64,000 bases of DNA from a virus, in the IMG/VR virus record IMGVR_UViG_3300048579_000065. One strand, 5' to 3'. The notes below the pieces were generated by a model, which worked only from the letters and a program-made list of their open reading frames with translations, made no database searches and was not told the origin of the DNA. The position numbers and the translations under genes were made by a program. Shown piece after piece: positions 45,059 to 55,234 of this stretch; position 1 is the first letter of the stretch, and each line of letters opens with the position of its first letter.

Positions 45059-47799
45059 TAGTTACTATCCACCCTATCTAAGCCAGCCTTAACACCATCT
45101 GCTACTTTAGTTGTAAAAGAATCAAAGAAAGTAGACAAGGTTGTATTAATGTCCTTAAATGATATGTTTCCACCAAATTTATCAGCTATCTGATCAATCT
45201 GACCACCTATTCCCTTATCCTTAAATAAGTCAGACAAATCATTTTTTAATTTTTTATCTAACTCACCAGCAGAAATTTGATCAGGAAGTCCTTTTATATA
45301 CTCATCACTTCCATTAAAAAATCCTTGGAATTGGTTTTTATCTATCTTAGTATCCGGTGGAAGTTTTTGTACTAGTTCTCTTATTTTTGTATACTTTTCA
45401 ACACTGTCTGATACAGTATTAAATTTCGCCTTAGCAGCCTCAGCCTTAAGATCTCTAAATCCTGATTTTCCTTGTAGTTCCTGTAGCCTAGTTTGATCAT
45501 CAAATCTAAATGGATCAAGTTTGGATGATTCAGTTTCAAACTGTTTTTGTAAAATGGCCAATCTTCTATCCTTACCTTTTAGGTCATCTCCAACATCAAA
45601 ACTAGAAAAACCTCTGGCAAAGGAACCAGAAACATTTCCACCCAATTCTTTAATTTGAGCAGCTAAGCCAAATAGCTTATCAGTGCCTTGTAGTTGTTCT
45701 AATTCTCTTTGTTTAGTTAAATCATTCAAAGCAGACGATGCTTCATTTATTCTTAATGTAAAGGTTTCTGTAACTTCAGAAACCTTGGAGAAATGTACTC
45801 CAAGATCTATTAATGATGTGTAAAGTTTTGCTTCTGTGGTAAGTTGATTAGTTTTAGCTCCAATAACCGACTCTCCAAGTCTTTTTTGGAAAATCTCATC
45901 ACTTATACTTCCAGAAAGACTTTGTTTTCTTAGTCCTATAACATCACTAGCAAATCCTCCTAAGATAGTGTTTTTATCTACATTTTTAGATAATTTTTGT
46001 TCAATTATACTGTTTATGTCTAGTGGAGAGAGGTTTGGTTCAAAATTAAAGCCACTAAGGTTAGGTCCAGTAGATGCTTGGAATGGTGTTCTACTTCCAA
46101 ATGAGTTAGCAGCTCCACCTACTACAGTACCTACACCACTTCCTAAAAGACCTCCTACTAAAGCCCCTCCAGCTATACCTAATGGTCCTAATGGTGCTCC
46201 AGCAAAACCACCAGCTACTGCCCCACCTAAAGCTCCTACACCACCCCCGGCAACAGCTCCACTAACAATTTGGGGGTTCTTACCTAAAAACTCAGCAAGT
46301 TTAGCTCCTGCTTGTATAAAATAGTTAACCAATTCTCCAATCTGTTTACCTAAAACAGCAACAGCCTTTTGGAATTGAGGATTTGATAGTGAATTTGCTA
46401 ACTCATTTAATCCAGGAGCAAGAGCAGAAATGAATTTATCACCAAACTCTCTTTGTAGGTTTTCAAAGTCTGTATTAACTTTCCTTAATGCAATGCTTGC
46501 ATTGTTTGAGTTGCTAGCTAATCCATCAAGTATAGGTCCAATTTCTGAGAAGGCAGAAACAAAGGCCTCAGCATCCCCTGAAGCAATGGCTGACTTAATT
46601 TGAGCACCTGTCCTACTTCCTAGTAAAGACTTCGAAAGTTCATTATTAGTTTGTCCAGCTAAAAAGTCTTCCACATCATTAGCAAACCTTGATATATTTT
46701 TAATCAAGTCCTCATTAGTAAGAGATGTGAAGCCAGCAATTGGTTTCAATACTTTTAATATTTGACTTTCATTTAAGCTAATGCCAGCTCTTGAAGTACC
46801 TGCTACAATACCTCTAATGCCTGCTGATACTCCTTCAGTACCTACACCAAATGGTGATAGAGCGTTTGTTCCTTTTTGTACAAGACTTCTTGATCTTAGA
46901 TTCTGAACCTCAATAGCTGTACCAATATCTACTTGCTTACCTCCCAAGTCTACAACCTTAGATGTAGCCTGAAGTGAGATGGAGACATTATTTACAGCCT
47001 CCTGAAATCTTAAACCAGCTTTGGCAGCCTCTTCTAAGGCTCCTTCTACCTTCTTAAAAGCTTCAACTGCTGATCCTACTACAGCTTGTCCTACAGTTGC
47101 TCCACCATAGACACCAGGACTACCTAAGAATCCAGCACCAATAGCACCTCCAACTAGACCACCAACACCACCTACAGCACCTGAAATTGCCACCTCTCTA
47201 AATGCAGCAGGATTGAACACCCTACCTATATCAAAGGAAGACCTTCTTGTTCCCGGATTTACTGTTCCTGATTGTAATCCTTTGGATCTTTCAAACTGCC
47301 TAGCAGCCTCTTGTGGCCCGTTAATAAAAGTGCTAAGTAACTCCTTTTCATCAAACAGATCTTGATACTTCTCTTGTCTAAGTTGTAAGTTTTGAGAGTT
47401 GCGTTGGAGTCTAGCTTGTAATCTCCTGGCAGGAGTGAAAGGTCCAGCAGCTGGAGGACCAACAGGAGGGATATTAGATGCTTGTATACCTAATCCAGCA
47501 AACAAACTTGATATTTGATTATTTAAGGCTGATAGGTTACCAATAGAAACATTAATACTAATGTTACCAATAGCCTGAGCTATCTGCTGCCTAAGTTGAG
47601 TAATGCTACCAAGTCTAGGATTAATATCAACTGGAATACTGCCAATTGCTTGAGTTATTGTTTGTCTAATCTGAGTTGCATTAAAATTAGGTTGAATATT
47701 AAGTCTTACGTTAATATCCATACCATTTTGTTGCCAACCTTGCAACCTGTTATAGATTGCAGGATTAGTTAATCTGAGTGTAAGATCTACATTAGCCAT
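45058..47799 (-). CDS. tape measure protein
   Basis: 913 aa, helical and A/G-rich with Gly-rich hydrophobic segments; position in the tail module. Confidence 0.85.
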   Translation of the reverse strand: MANVDLTLRLTNPAIYNRLQGWQQNGMDINVRLNIQPNFNATQIRQTITQAIGSIPVDINPRLGSITQLRQQIAQAIGNISINVSIGNLSALNNQISSLFAGLGIQASNIPPVGPPAAGPFTPARRLQARLQRNSQNLQLRQEKYQDLFDEKELLSTFINGPQEAARQFERSKGLQSGTVNPGTRRSSFDIGRVFNPAAFREVAISGAVGGVGGLVGGAIGAGFLGSPGVYGGATVGQAVVGSAVEAFKKVEGALEEAAKAGLRFQEAVNNVSISLQATSKVVDLGGKQVDIGTAIEVQNLRSRSLVQKGTNALSPFGVGTEGVSAGIRGIVAGTSRAGISLNESQILKVLKPIAGFTSLTNEDLIKNISRFANDVEDFLAGQTNNELSKSLLGSRTGAQIKSAIASGDAEAFVSAFSEIGPILDGLASNSNNASIALRKVNTDFENLQREFGDKFISALAPGLNELANSLSNPQFQKAVAVLGKQIGELVNYFIQAGAKLAEFLGKNPQIVSGAVAGGGVGALGGAVAGGFAGAPLGPLGIAGGALVGGLLGSGVGTVVGGAANSFGSRTPFQASTGPNLSGFNFEPNLSPLDINSIIEQKLSKNVDKNTILGGFASDVIGLRKQSLSGSISDEIFQKRLGESVIGAKTNQLTTEAKLYTSLIDLGVHFSKVSEVTETFTLRINEASSALNDLTKQRELEQLQGTDKLFGLAAQIKELGGNVSGSFARGFSSFDVGDDLKGKDRRLAILQKQFETESSKLDPFRFDDQTRLQELQGKSGFRDLKAEAAKAKFNTVSDSVEKYTKIRELVQKLPPDTKIDKNQFQGFFNGSDEYIKGLPDQISAGELDKKLKNDLSDLFKDKGIGGQIDQIADKFGGNISFKDINTTLSTFFDSFTTKVADGVKAGLDRVDSN

Positions 47800-48290
47800 T
47801 AGAAGATATACACCCTTGCTGACATTGCCTTGCCAAGATGAGCCTGAAGGCCTTGTGTAAAGATCCTGTCTGACTTATTAATCCAACCTTTGGTAGGAGT
47901 TCTAGCCTGAATGCTTGTAACGCCTGGAATTAATGGTAAAGAGCTTTTAGTACGTCTCATAAACCTTCCACGCTCATTATAACCATCATGCAAGATTGAA
48001 GCCAACTGGCTAGCTGGCTGAGGTTTACCATGACCAATATGGACATCATCTGTAACAATAACACTTACACTAAACCTAAGTTTATTAGCTTTTCTGATTT
48101 GACTATTCCTGAGTTCTAGTGTATCAATTGGTACAACAGACTTGGACACATCTACACCATACTGTGAGGCTAAATCTAGAGCATCATTGGCTACTCTCTG
48201 AAATATGTGTTCCAAGCCTAAAGCCTTAGCCCCAGTAATCAGGGCTTGACTTTTGGGGCTAATTTTAATATTATGGAGGGCTAATGGCAT
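47799..48290 (-). CDS. HK97 gp10-like tail completion protein
   Basis: VVPIDTLELRNS...LASILHDGY...P..GWI pattern. Confidence 0.55.
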   Translation of the reverse strand: MPLALHNIKISPKSQALITGAKALGLEHIFQRVANDALDLASQYGVDVSKSVVPIDTLELRNSQIRKANKLRFSVSVIVTDDVHIGHGKPQPASQLASILHDGYNERGRFMRRTKSSLPLIPGVTSIQARTPTKGWINKSDRIFTQGLQAHLGKAMSARVYIF

Positions 48291-48302
48291 AGTAGCCTAA
48301 GT

Positions 48303-48641
48303 TTATCTAGATTTTTTCTTAAACACAGTCATTAAGGTACGTATTAAAGCCCAGTGAGATACATCTAAAGGTAAAGCCTTAAGTTCGGTAGGATCAACAT
48401 TAAGCTTCTTTATATATTTTTCCTTAAGATAGTAAATATCATCAATAGGAGAGTTGTAGAAGTCTGTTAGTGTCCAGCCTTTATAGTATTCAGATAAAAA
48501 CTCATAAAGATCCAGAAGATACTTGTCATATTCGTCAAGCTCATATTCAGGGTCTGGTTCCTTACAAGCATTAGGATCAAACTTAAGATCCTCAAGTGGA
48601 ATGTAATTAGTATAGACCTTAATGACTTCATCATTAGCCAT
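48303..48641 (-). CDS. tail assembly chaperone-like protein
   Basis: YKGWTLTDFYNSP..DIYYL. Confidence 0.45.
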   Translation of the reverse strand: MANDEVIKVYTNYIPLEDLKFDPNACKEPDPEYELDEYDKYLLDLYEFLSEYYKGWTLTDFYNSPIDDIYYLKEKYIKKLNVDPTELKALPLDVSHWALIRTLMTVFKKKSR

Positions 48642-48657
48642 GAGTACCTATACACAC

Positions 48658-48933
48658 TTATCTTACATAAGATACTTTAAGACAGAAACTCTCTGTAAAC
48701 AGACCCTTAAAGTGCTTTGGGTAAAGAGTTAATTTGTTTTTGTAGATGTCATCAGAGATATCAACAAACTCATTAATATCCTGAGTTACTAAGGAATTTT
48801 TAACCTTTATAGTTTCTGCTTTCTGAGTTAGAATTTGGGCTAACACAGCCTTACAATCATATGGAAGGTCTAATACTACAGGTGGATCATCTTTAGCTAT
48901 TCTTTTACTTGAACTATAGAGTTGATTTAACAT
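48658..48933 (-). CDS. hypothetical protein (start MLNQL)
   Basis: ATG one base after the upstream stop. Confidence 0.5.
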   Translation of the reverse strand: MLNQLYSSSKRIAKDDPPVVLDLPYDCKAVLAQILTQKAETIKVKNSLVTQDINEFVDISDDIYKNKLTLYPKHFKGLFTESFCLKVSYVR

Positions 48934-48934
48934 A

Positions 48935-49402
48935 TTATGTCTCAAAATCGTTAGTAGGGAATTTACATTTCTTAAGAATCTTAACAATTAGCCCAAGAGC
49001 ATCATCTAGGCACACCTTATCAAAAGACTCATCAGTAACCTTATTGCCTTGACCAAATTCATCAGCCAATGCTGCTAGTACATCTTGATAATACTTAAGG
49101 TTTTCATCATGAGTAGTAGGCGCTAGAACTCTGTTTAGATAATCTTCATCCTTCTCACCTTCATTCCTAACAGCAGATTGGCCTAGATACTCTAGATACC
49201 TTGTAGTCCAATCCTCACCTGACTCATTAGGAAGTCTCTTGACCTTAGCATAAGGTGAATATTTCTTTTGTATCTCAAGTACTCTATTACGTATAATCTT
49301 AGTCTTACCTACTGTAATCTCTTTAGGATTGATAATCAGCCGGTGCTCACCAAGATTAACAAACAAGTCTGAACCTTGGACTAAATCTATTTGTTGTACC
49401 AT
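48935..49402 (-). CDS. tail assembly chaperone, putative
   Basis: acidic helical protein after the tube genes. Confidence 0.5.
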   Translation of the reverse strand: MVQQIDLVQGSDLFVNLGEHRLIINPKEITVGKTKIIRNRVLEIQKKYSPYAKVKRLPNESGEDWTTRYLEYLGQSAVRNEGEKDEDYLNRVLAPTTHDENLKYYQDVLAALADEFGQGNKVTDESFDKVCLDDALGLIVKILKKCKFPTNDFET

Positions 49403-49441
49403 TATACTTAAACCTTAAATAACTCTTCAGACTTATTATAT

Positions 49442-49948
49442 CTAAAGTGGACTTCTAGATCCTAAAATTGTTCCAAGTTCTGTGGCTGTGCCCCACCTTA
49501 CTATTGTATTAGACAAATCAGGACTTTCAGCCTTAAACTTATTTACAATTACAGTAGGATTTTCTTTATCATAGTTAGGCGATAAGTCTATAACTGGAGC
49601 TATACCATCAAACAACCAGCATAGACCCCCTTGAGTATTAATCAGTAAGATAGTGTACCTTCTATTAGGATCAGGAGTAGCATTGAGGTTAGTCTCGGCT
49701 ATGTCTAGCCCCCGGCTAATCAAAAATGGTATCTGAGAGTCAGTATAGTATGATAGTTGCCAATCTAACTTCTCATTAGCAGTCTGAACCCAGAGGTCTA
49801 GGCCATTTATGTATTCGGTAGGCACTGTGACTATTGGTTGGCAAGTACCTGTACGAATGGTAGGGATTGGAACAAGAGTTGATGTGGCTCCAAAGAGCCC
49901 TACGAACAGTCGGCCAGGTGCTCCTGCAATAGTAGGAAATGTAGACAA
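49442..49948 (-). CDS. tail tube-like protein 2
   Basis: G.PGRLFVG...; tube-like beta pattern; synteny. Confidence 0.5.
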   Translation of the reverse strand: MSTFPTIAGAPGRLFVGLFGATSTLVPIPTIRTGTCQPIVTVPTEYINGLDLWVQTANEKLDWQLSYYTDSQIPFLISRGLDIAETNLNATPDPNRRYTILLINTQGGLCWLFDGIAPVIDLSPNYDKENPTVIVNKFKAESPDLSNTIVRWGTATELGTILGSRSPL

Positions 49949-49994
49949 TTTTGGCTAAACCTTTACTTATTATGTTAAAAGTTTATCAATAACT

Positions 49995-50186
49995 AAAAAA
50001 CCACCCAAGTCTTAGTTGGATGGGATACATCATAATACTACCATAAAAGAAAGAGCCTGCCAACAAGAAGAATTATTAAGGATTGACAGGCTATTATAGG
50101 CCGTAACCTATAGAGCATTCAGCCTTAATCTGAATGGGGATGATTTAATTATAACAAAAAGCCTACCAATCCTAAAACTGGTAGGC
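49995..50186 (-). terminator. three tandem intrinsic terminators
   Basis: stems 50161-50186, 50054-50092 and 50001-50023, each with a U-rich tail on the minus strand; the mismatches in two stems become G-U pairs only in minus-strand RNA. Confidence 0.75.
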
Positions 50187-50215
50187 AGATGTTGGGCTAA
50201 GTACAGCTTAATTCT

Positions 50216-51235
50216 TTAATTCTCACGAATTACAGAGCTTACAGCATGGACACCTTGTAGCAAGGTATCAGCATTTACTGTTTCAAACACATAGGACAAG
50301 GTTGGAGGTTCTGATTTACCCCACTGGCTTGTACCACCTGTCTGATTCTGTCTAAGAGCAGCATACATGTAGAGTACTTCTACAGCTTTGTTTTGATTGA
50401 TGGGGAATAGTAGCTTAAGTGGCCAGTTACCTGTGTTGATTGCACCTGAAGCTTGATAAGCTCTAAGTGTAACTTCAGAGGTCTTTCCACCTGAGGTTGT
50501 GTATCTAACCCATTCACCAGCGCTGCTAGCAACGAAGTTTTGTGGATCATTTTGGAGAATCTTAAATGACACTTTAAGACCACGAGTTACAGCCAATTGA
50601 TAACTAGTAGCCGTTGCTGGCTTGTATTGGATCTGTTCAGTAGCATCCTCAAGAGCCAGACCTGGATCTTCCATAGTCCCAGCGCTAACAAAGGCTGTAC
50701 CAGTAATTCCAGTTCTCTTAGTCAACACAGAGTCTGTGATGGCTGAATTGGAAAGAGTAGAGTATGGCTCACTAATAGCATCTGTTTGTACATCAGTAAG
50801 AAGTACAGTACTCCAGATGGTTTGTGTGGAATCAGGAGGAAGAATTGAATGTAGGTAGAAGTTTCCACTATTCTTCTTAAGCCAAATCATAATACCAGCA
50901 GAATAGTCTACATCAGCAGGCCAAGAAATAGTATTAACTTCAATCCTAATGAATGGAAGCAAGGATGTAGGTTGCAGGAAGCCAGAGGCTGGAGAAGCAA
51001 CAGTAGCCGCAAATCCTTGACTTGTCGGATTATGTCCCATGGGCATCAAACAGACTTGATAAGTAGCAGTCTGGTCTAGTTGTCCACGTCTGTCATTGAT
51101 ATTAAAGAACTGCTGTTCTACTAAGACAGTTGAGGCTGATATTGACAGTGAAGCAAAACTAGGTATAGTTTTACTAGGAACCTCGTAGGGTATGTAAGGG
51201 AGCACCGCACCCGATCTATAGAACGTGGTTGACAT
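50216..51235 (-). CDS. major tail (tube) protein with N-terminal accessory domain
   Basis: C-half G.MEDPG..LE...E........V....KVSFKILQ; followed by strong terminators. Confidence 0.65.
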   Translation of the reverse strand: MSTTFYRSGAVLPYIPYEVPSKTIPSFASLSISASTVLVEQQFFNINDRRGQLDQTATYQVCLMPMGHNPTSQGFAATVASPASGFLQPTSLLPFIRIEVNTISWPADVDYSAGIMIWLKKNSGNFYLHSILPPDSTQTIWSTVLLTDVQTDAISEPYSTLSNSAITDSVLTKRTGITGTAFVSAGTMEDPGLALEDATEQIQYKPATATSYQLAVTRGLKVSFKILQNDPQNFVASSAGEWVRYTTSGGKTSEVTLRAYQASGAINTGNWPLKLLFPINQNKAVEVLYMYAALRQNQTGGTSQWGKSEPPTLSYVFETVNADTLLQGVHAVSSVIREN

Positions 51236-51294
51236 ACCTAGAAGTCTCCTAAGTTAAAACTTTATTTGGTTTACTTCCTAAGTTTATCTAAGAA

Positions 51295-51906
51295 TTAAAA
51301 TGGTACATGCTTCCACTGTTTTCCTTCAATAATCCTTGTGGCCGTTGTCCTACTTACATTAAACAATTCTCCTAACCTAGTTCTAGTAAACCCTCCAGTC
51401 TTAAACATCTTTCTCATTTCTATAACATCTTTCTCTGTAAGCTTAGAACAGGACACAGCACTACCAACAACCCTTCTACCTTTGTTAGCCATATCATCCA
51501 TATTGTCTTGGTGAGTGCCTAGAAACAGGTGCTCTGGATTACAGCATCTCATATTGTCACAATGATGACAAACAAACAAACCATCATTTATAGGACCATT
51601 AAATAAGATGTATGAGACTCTATAGGCCAGATCATCTTTTCCATCTAATGCTAATAATGAGCCACGTTTAGATTTTCCAGTCCAGTTCCAGCAACCCCTA
51701 TCATCCTTTACAGACTCATTTAATACCCTAGACTTGACATATTCAGGGCTAGACCTTCTAAACTTACCTCTACAAGATAAATTACAGAAGTGGTGTTTAT
51801 AGCCCTTCTTTAAGGCTTTCCTGTATAGCCCACCATTCTTCTTAAACTCCTTACCACAAGAGTCACAGATTAGCAAAAGTACTTCTTTCTTAGCACGTTT
51901 TCTCAT
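51295..51906 (-). CDS. HNH homing endonuclease (free-standing)
   Basis: CDSCGKEF; CWNWTG; VCHHCDN..CCNPEHLFLGT..DN. Confidence 0.85.
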   Translation of the reverse strand: MRKRAKKEVLLLICDSCGKEFKKNGGLYRKALKKGYKHHFCNLSCRGKFRRSSPEYVKSRVLNESVKDDRGCWNWTGKSKRGSLLALDGKDDLAYRVSYILFNGPINDGLFVCHHCDNMRCCNPEHLFLGTHQDNMDDMANKGRRVVGSAVSCSKLTEKDVIEMRKMFKTGGFTRTRLGELFNVSRTTATRIIEGKQWKHVPF

Positions 51907-51977
51907 TAAAGCTCTCCAGCAAATCCAACTTATCCTACAATACCAAAATGATGTTTTGGATAAGGGAAGTACTGGTT

Positions 51978-52568
51978 TTAGACAAATGTTAGATAATATG
52001 AGATATTGAATGTGGAGTAGCCAGCCGAGGCTATTGGTAGATAGGTACACTCAAACTGACATCTAAATGGTGATTGGTAGAAGCCGGAGGCTGTAGGAGG
52101 AATGATTAAATCAGCAAAGTCCACTGCTAAGCCCCCTCCAGTACGATTTTCTCTACATAGGTAGTCTAGTAAATAAGTTACACGATTTAGCACCTGATCT
52201 ACTAAGAATATGTTCTTATCAGTTACTACATTCTTTACTAAGATAGCTATTTTGGTAGTTCTAGCGCCAGTGATGTCTGATCTATTACCATTTCCTAGTG
52301 TAGCCGACTCATATAATTCCGTTGGCTGGATTACAATACAAGGTCCACTAGGAATTTGGGCCTGCCCATAGTCTGGGATCACTTTACTGGCAAGGTCTGA
52401 GCTAGCACAGCCTAGTAGTGTATACAAAGGTGTATATAAGAAAGGTGGGACATTAGAGCTACTAGCAAATACAGTAGTATTAGCATTGTAGATGTCTAAA
52501 GGATCTAACTGAATGCTATTAGCATCTAGGGCTAAATTGTATGCTATTACATCGCCTATAGTACTCAA
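51978..52568 (-). CDS. tail terminator-like neck protein
   Basis: synteny; PCIVIQP, VL..V..LLD. Confidence 0.5.
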   Translation of the reverse strand: MSTIGDVIAYNLALDANSIQLDPLDIYNANTTVFASSSNVPPFLYTPLYTLLGCASSDLASKVIPDYGQAQIPSGPCIVIQPTELYESATLGNGNRSDITGARTTKIAILVKNVVTDKNIFLVDQVLNRVTYLLDYLCRENRTGGGLAVDFADLIIPPTASGFYQSPFRCQFECTYLPIASAGYSTFNISYYLTFV

Positions 52569-53198
52569 TTACTGAATCTCCGACAGCTTAACAGTGAGTT
52601 CAGACATATTACCTACATCAGTAGATTGTTGGATGACCCATACTGTATTAGGATTATCTGTCTTATCATAGAATAGTAGCCCTTCAGTGTCATAGCCGGA
52701 GGTTCTTAAGTCTCTGGTATACATTATAATCTGATTAGTTGGAGTACCATCAGAGGCTAAAACCTTGTTGTGGATGGGTTTGTCACTGTAATTTACAGTC
52801 GTAGCATACTCAAAATATATGTTGTCATATAGTAAGGTTGAACCATTGTATATAGCCCCCAACCGGCTAGTCCTAAAAGCTGTCATCTCTTCAAAAGGAG
52901 ACTTGCTAATAAAGGTTAGTCTAGGAGTGTCAGAGTCAGCACGAAGAGGTAAGATAATGTCTCCTGGATTTATACCATCATACTCACCATGTACACAATA
53001 ATAAGAGGCATTAGGAAGTGGAGTCTGGACTAGGCTTGGTCCTCTTACTTCTGTCTTATATTTGCGCTGAGCATATTTTAACACTGGAGTCTGATCTTGT
53101 GCTGTGTAATCAACTGTTGAAATACTTACAGGTTGACCAAATATTAAGCCAAACCTTCTCTTTTCAAAGTTAAATCCCTTCTCATACATGTTAGGCAT
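52569..53198 (-). CDS. head closure or neck protein, putative
   Basis: synteny. Confidence 0.45.
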   Translation of the reverse strand: MPNMYEKGFNFEKRRFGLIFGQPVSISTVDYTAQDQTPVLKYAQRKYKTEVRGPSLVQTPLPNASYYCVHGEYDGINPGDIILPLRADSDTPRLTFISKSPFEEMTAFRTSRLGAIYNGSTLLYDNIYFEYATTVNYSDKPIHNKVLASDGTPTNQIIMYTRDLRTSGYDTEGLLFYDKTDNPNTVWVIQQSTDVGNMSELTVKLSEIQ

Positions 53199-53199
53199 A

Positions 53200-54150
53200 T
53201 TATTGACCTAAGAAGTATTGAGTCAGACTTGAGATTATATTTTCCCAAATTATGTTTCCCTCAAAGTATTCTATTGTGTAAGAACCACCTGATTGTCTCT
53301 TGACTCCTGGTAAGTATTGACCCTGGACAATTGGGATCACCTGAACTATACTATTTACAATATCTTGAGGTATGGTTCCAAAACCAGCAACATACACTAC
53401 TATAACATCATTGAAAGGTGAAAAGGGTTCAGGCCAGTCAACCATATTTTGTGCATACTTGTATACTAGCCAGCCGGTGTCCGGCTCCATATTATAGTTC
53501 TGTTTAACTGTACTGAAAGTTACAGCACTAAATAAGTTAAAGGCTATTGGTTGTCTTACTTGTGGAGAAAGGAAGTCAACTACAGGTGTCTTTTTGAGTC
53601 TTATACCATACTCCCATGAGAATGTCCCTTCCTGGAAATATGTACTGAGTACTATCTTATTATTAGTGAATCCTATTAGTTTAGCCGAGGCTAGTTCTAG
53701 TAGCTTAGCAACCTGTGCATTGGTAAGATCATTACCATTATTATCAGCCAGGTCTAACCCTGTTATTGTGGCTATCTCTCTACATTGGGGTACTGTAACT
53801 AATGTAGGATTGTTACCATTGTTGATAATATTGCCCATTGTTGAGCTAGCACTTAATACAAAAGAGCTTTGCCCCCATACACATATACAATGGTCGGTGC
53901 TAGTCACATTATATTGCTGTACTGATGGTAGGTCTACATAGTAGGGGGCTGAATTATTACTATAATCCATAGTAAGAGCTTGATTATTTTGTATTAGCCA
54001 GGTCAGTAGTTGTACAGCAGTCTTGTTGGCTAGTTCTTTCTCATCTTCTAGCCCGGTTAGACCTGATACAGCATATGTAAGAGCATTGCTAAAGGTTCTA
54101 TCATTGATCGTTACAGCAAGTCCACCACCTGAGCTAGCCCCTGGAGTCAT
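53200..54150 (-). CDS. head-tail connector (adaptor) protein with N-terminal extension
   Basis: LLELAS..LI.FT...; V.VVYVAGF.TIP.DI...IV. Confidence 0.65.
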   Translation of the reverse strand: MTPGASSGGGLAVTINDRTFSNALTYAVSGLTGLEDEKELANKTAVQLLTWLIQNNQALTMDYSNNSAPYYVDLPSVQQYNVTSTDHCICVWGQSSFVLSASSTMGNIINNGNNPTLVTVPQCREIATITGLDLADNNGNDLTNAQVAKLLELASAKLIGFTNNKIVLSTYFQEGTFSWEYGIRLKKTPVVDFLSPQVRQPIAFNLFSAVTFSTVKQNYNMEPDTGWLVYKYAQNMVDWPEPFSPFNDVIVVYVAGFGTIPQDIVNSIVQVIPIVQGQYLPGVKRQSGGSYTIEYFEGNIIWENIISSLTQYFLGQ

Positions 54151-54223
54151 AATGCTTAAATAATTTTGGGTATTGAAAATCAGGGAAGTCTAGACCTTTG
54201 GTTGCTAGCCTAATTTTACCTTC

Positions 54224-55014
54224 TTATACTAGGTTAAGTCTTTGCTGGCTAAGACTACAATACTCTTCTGACATGTCTATACCAATGTAGTTTCTTTGGT
54301 TCTTCTTAGCCATTTTTAATGTAGTTCCAGCCCCACACATTGGATCTAGCACAAGATCTCCTGGATTAGACCAACTTAATATATGATCCTCAGCTAATTT
54401 TTCAGGAAAGGTTGCCGGATGTATATAGCCCAAATTATCTGAATGATGTTTACCATATCCACAAGAGTATTCCCAAATATTAAATCTAAAGCCAAACTCC
54501 TTAATTACTCTACCCAATTGATTTCTTTCTGAACTGGTTTTAATTAGGCTACCATCCTTCTGTCTGCAAGTTGAGCCCTTTATAGGATTTCCTGTGTTTT
54601 TATTTTTTCTATCCTGTAAGGGATTGAAAGTTTTAGGACTTCCTTTGCTGAGGACAAACATGTACTCAAAAATATTGTAATACCGTGTTTTATCAGGATA
54701 TGGTGTGCTTAGTTTATTATAAATCATTGTGTCATGGAGGTTTAGCCCCAAATCCTTAAAATGCAGTGCTTGTCTAAAGCTTGTACCTGTCTCTGAGCCT
54801 TTGATTGTAGCATCACCTACTACCCAAACTATAACCCCCCCACCTTCAGGACTCTATAAAGCTCGGCTGCTATACCTTCAAAATCAAAAGAATAGCCTTT
54901 ATAGTCTCTAAGATTGTCATATGGGGGGCTAGTAACAACCAAATCAATAGACTTGTCATCAAAAGTCTTCATAACATCTATACAATTACCTTGAAGTACT
55001 TTATTAATTTCCAT
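54224..55014 (-). pseudogene. beta-class N4/N6 DNA methyltransferase split at a G7 run
   Basis: DLVVTSPPY in the 5' ORF; HPATFPE..A...I...SN.GD.VLDPMCG.GTT in the 3' ORF; adding one G at 54835-54841 gives LKVGGVIVWVVGDATIKGSETGTSF. Confidence 0.88.
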
Positions 55015-55015
55015 C

Positions 55016-55234
55016 TTACATCACCATCCACATTTTAGCTTCAGTATTCCATTTTAGATTGTCAAGTGGAAAGGTGGGATTGTCATAGTAATTTATAGAT
55101 CCTACAATCGTAGCAACCTTTCTTAGCCACCTAGCACTATTGTAAATCCTAGAGATATAGCCTGTTCCACCTTTGGAACCATAGACCTTATCTTTGACTT
55201 CTGGTATGTACTCTATTCTAGTGACTTCTTTCAT
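55016..55234 (-). CDS. hypothetical protein
   Basis: ORF track. Confidence 0.5.
   Translation of the reverse strand: MKEVTRIEYIPEVKDKVYGSKGGTGYISRIYNSARWLRKVATIVGSINYYDNPTFPLDNLKWNTEAKMWMVM

Noticed and set aside
48658-49402. Programmed -1 frameshift in the tail assembly chaperone
   Set aside because: No X XXY YYZ heptamer is seen near the 3' end of 48935..49402, and the next ORF has its own ATG one base after the stop.
51236-51977. Group I intron carrying the HNH gene
   Set aside because: The flanking genes have their own start and stop codons and look complete. Too little non-coding sequence remains for an intron core.
33020-55014. Restriction-modification systems
   Set aside because: Neither MTase has an adjacent recognisable restriction endonuclease. 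Orphan MTases are typical of phages.
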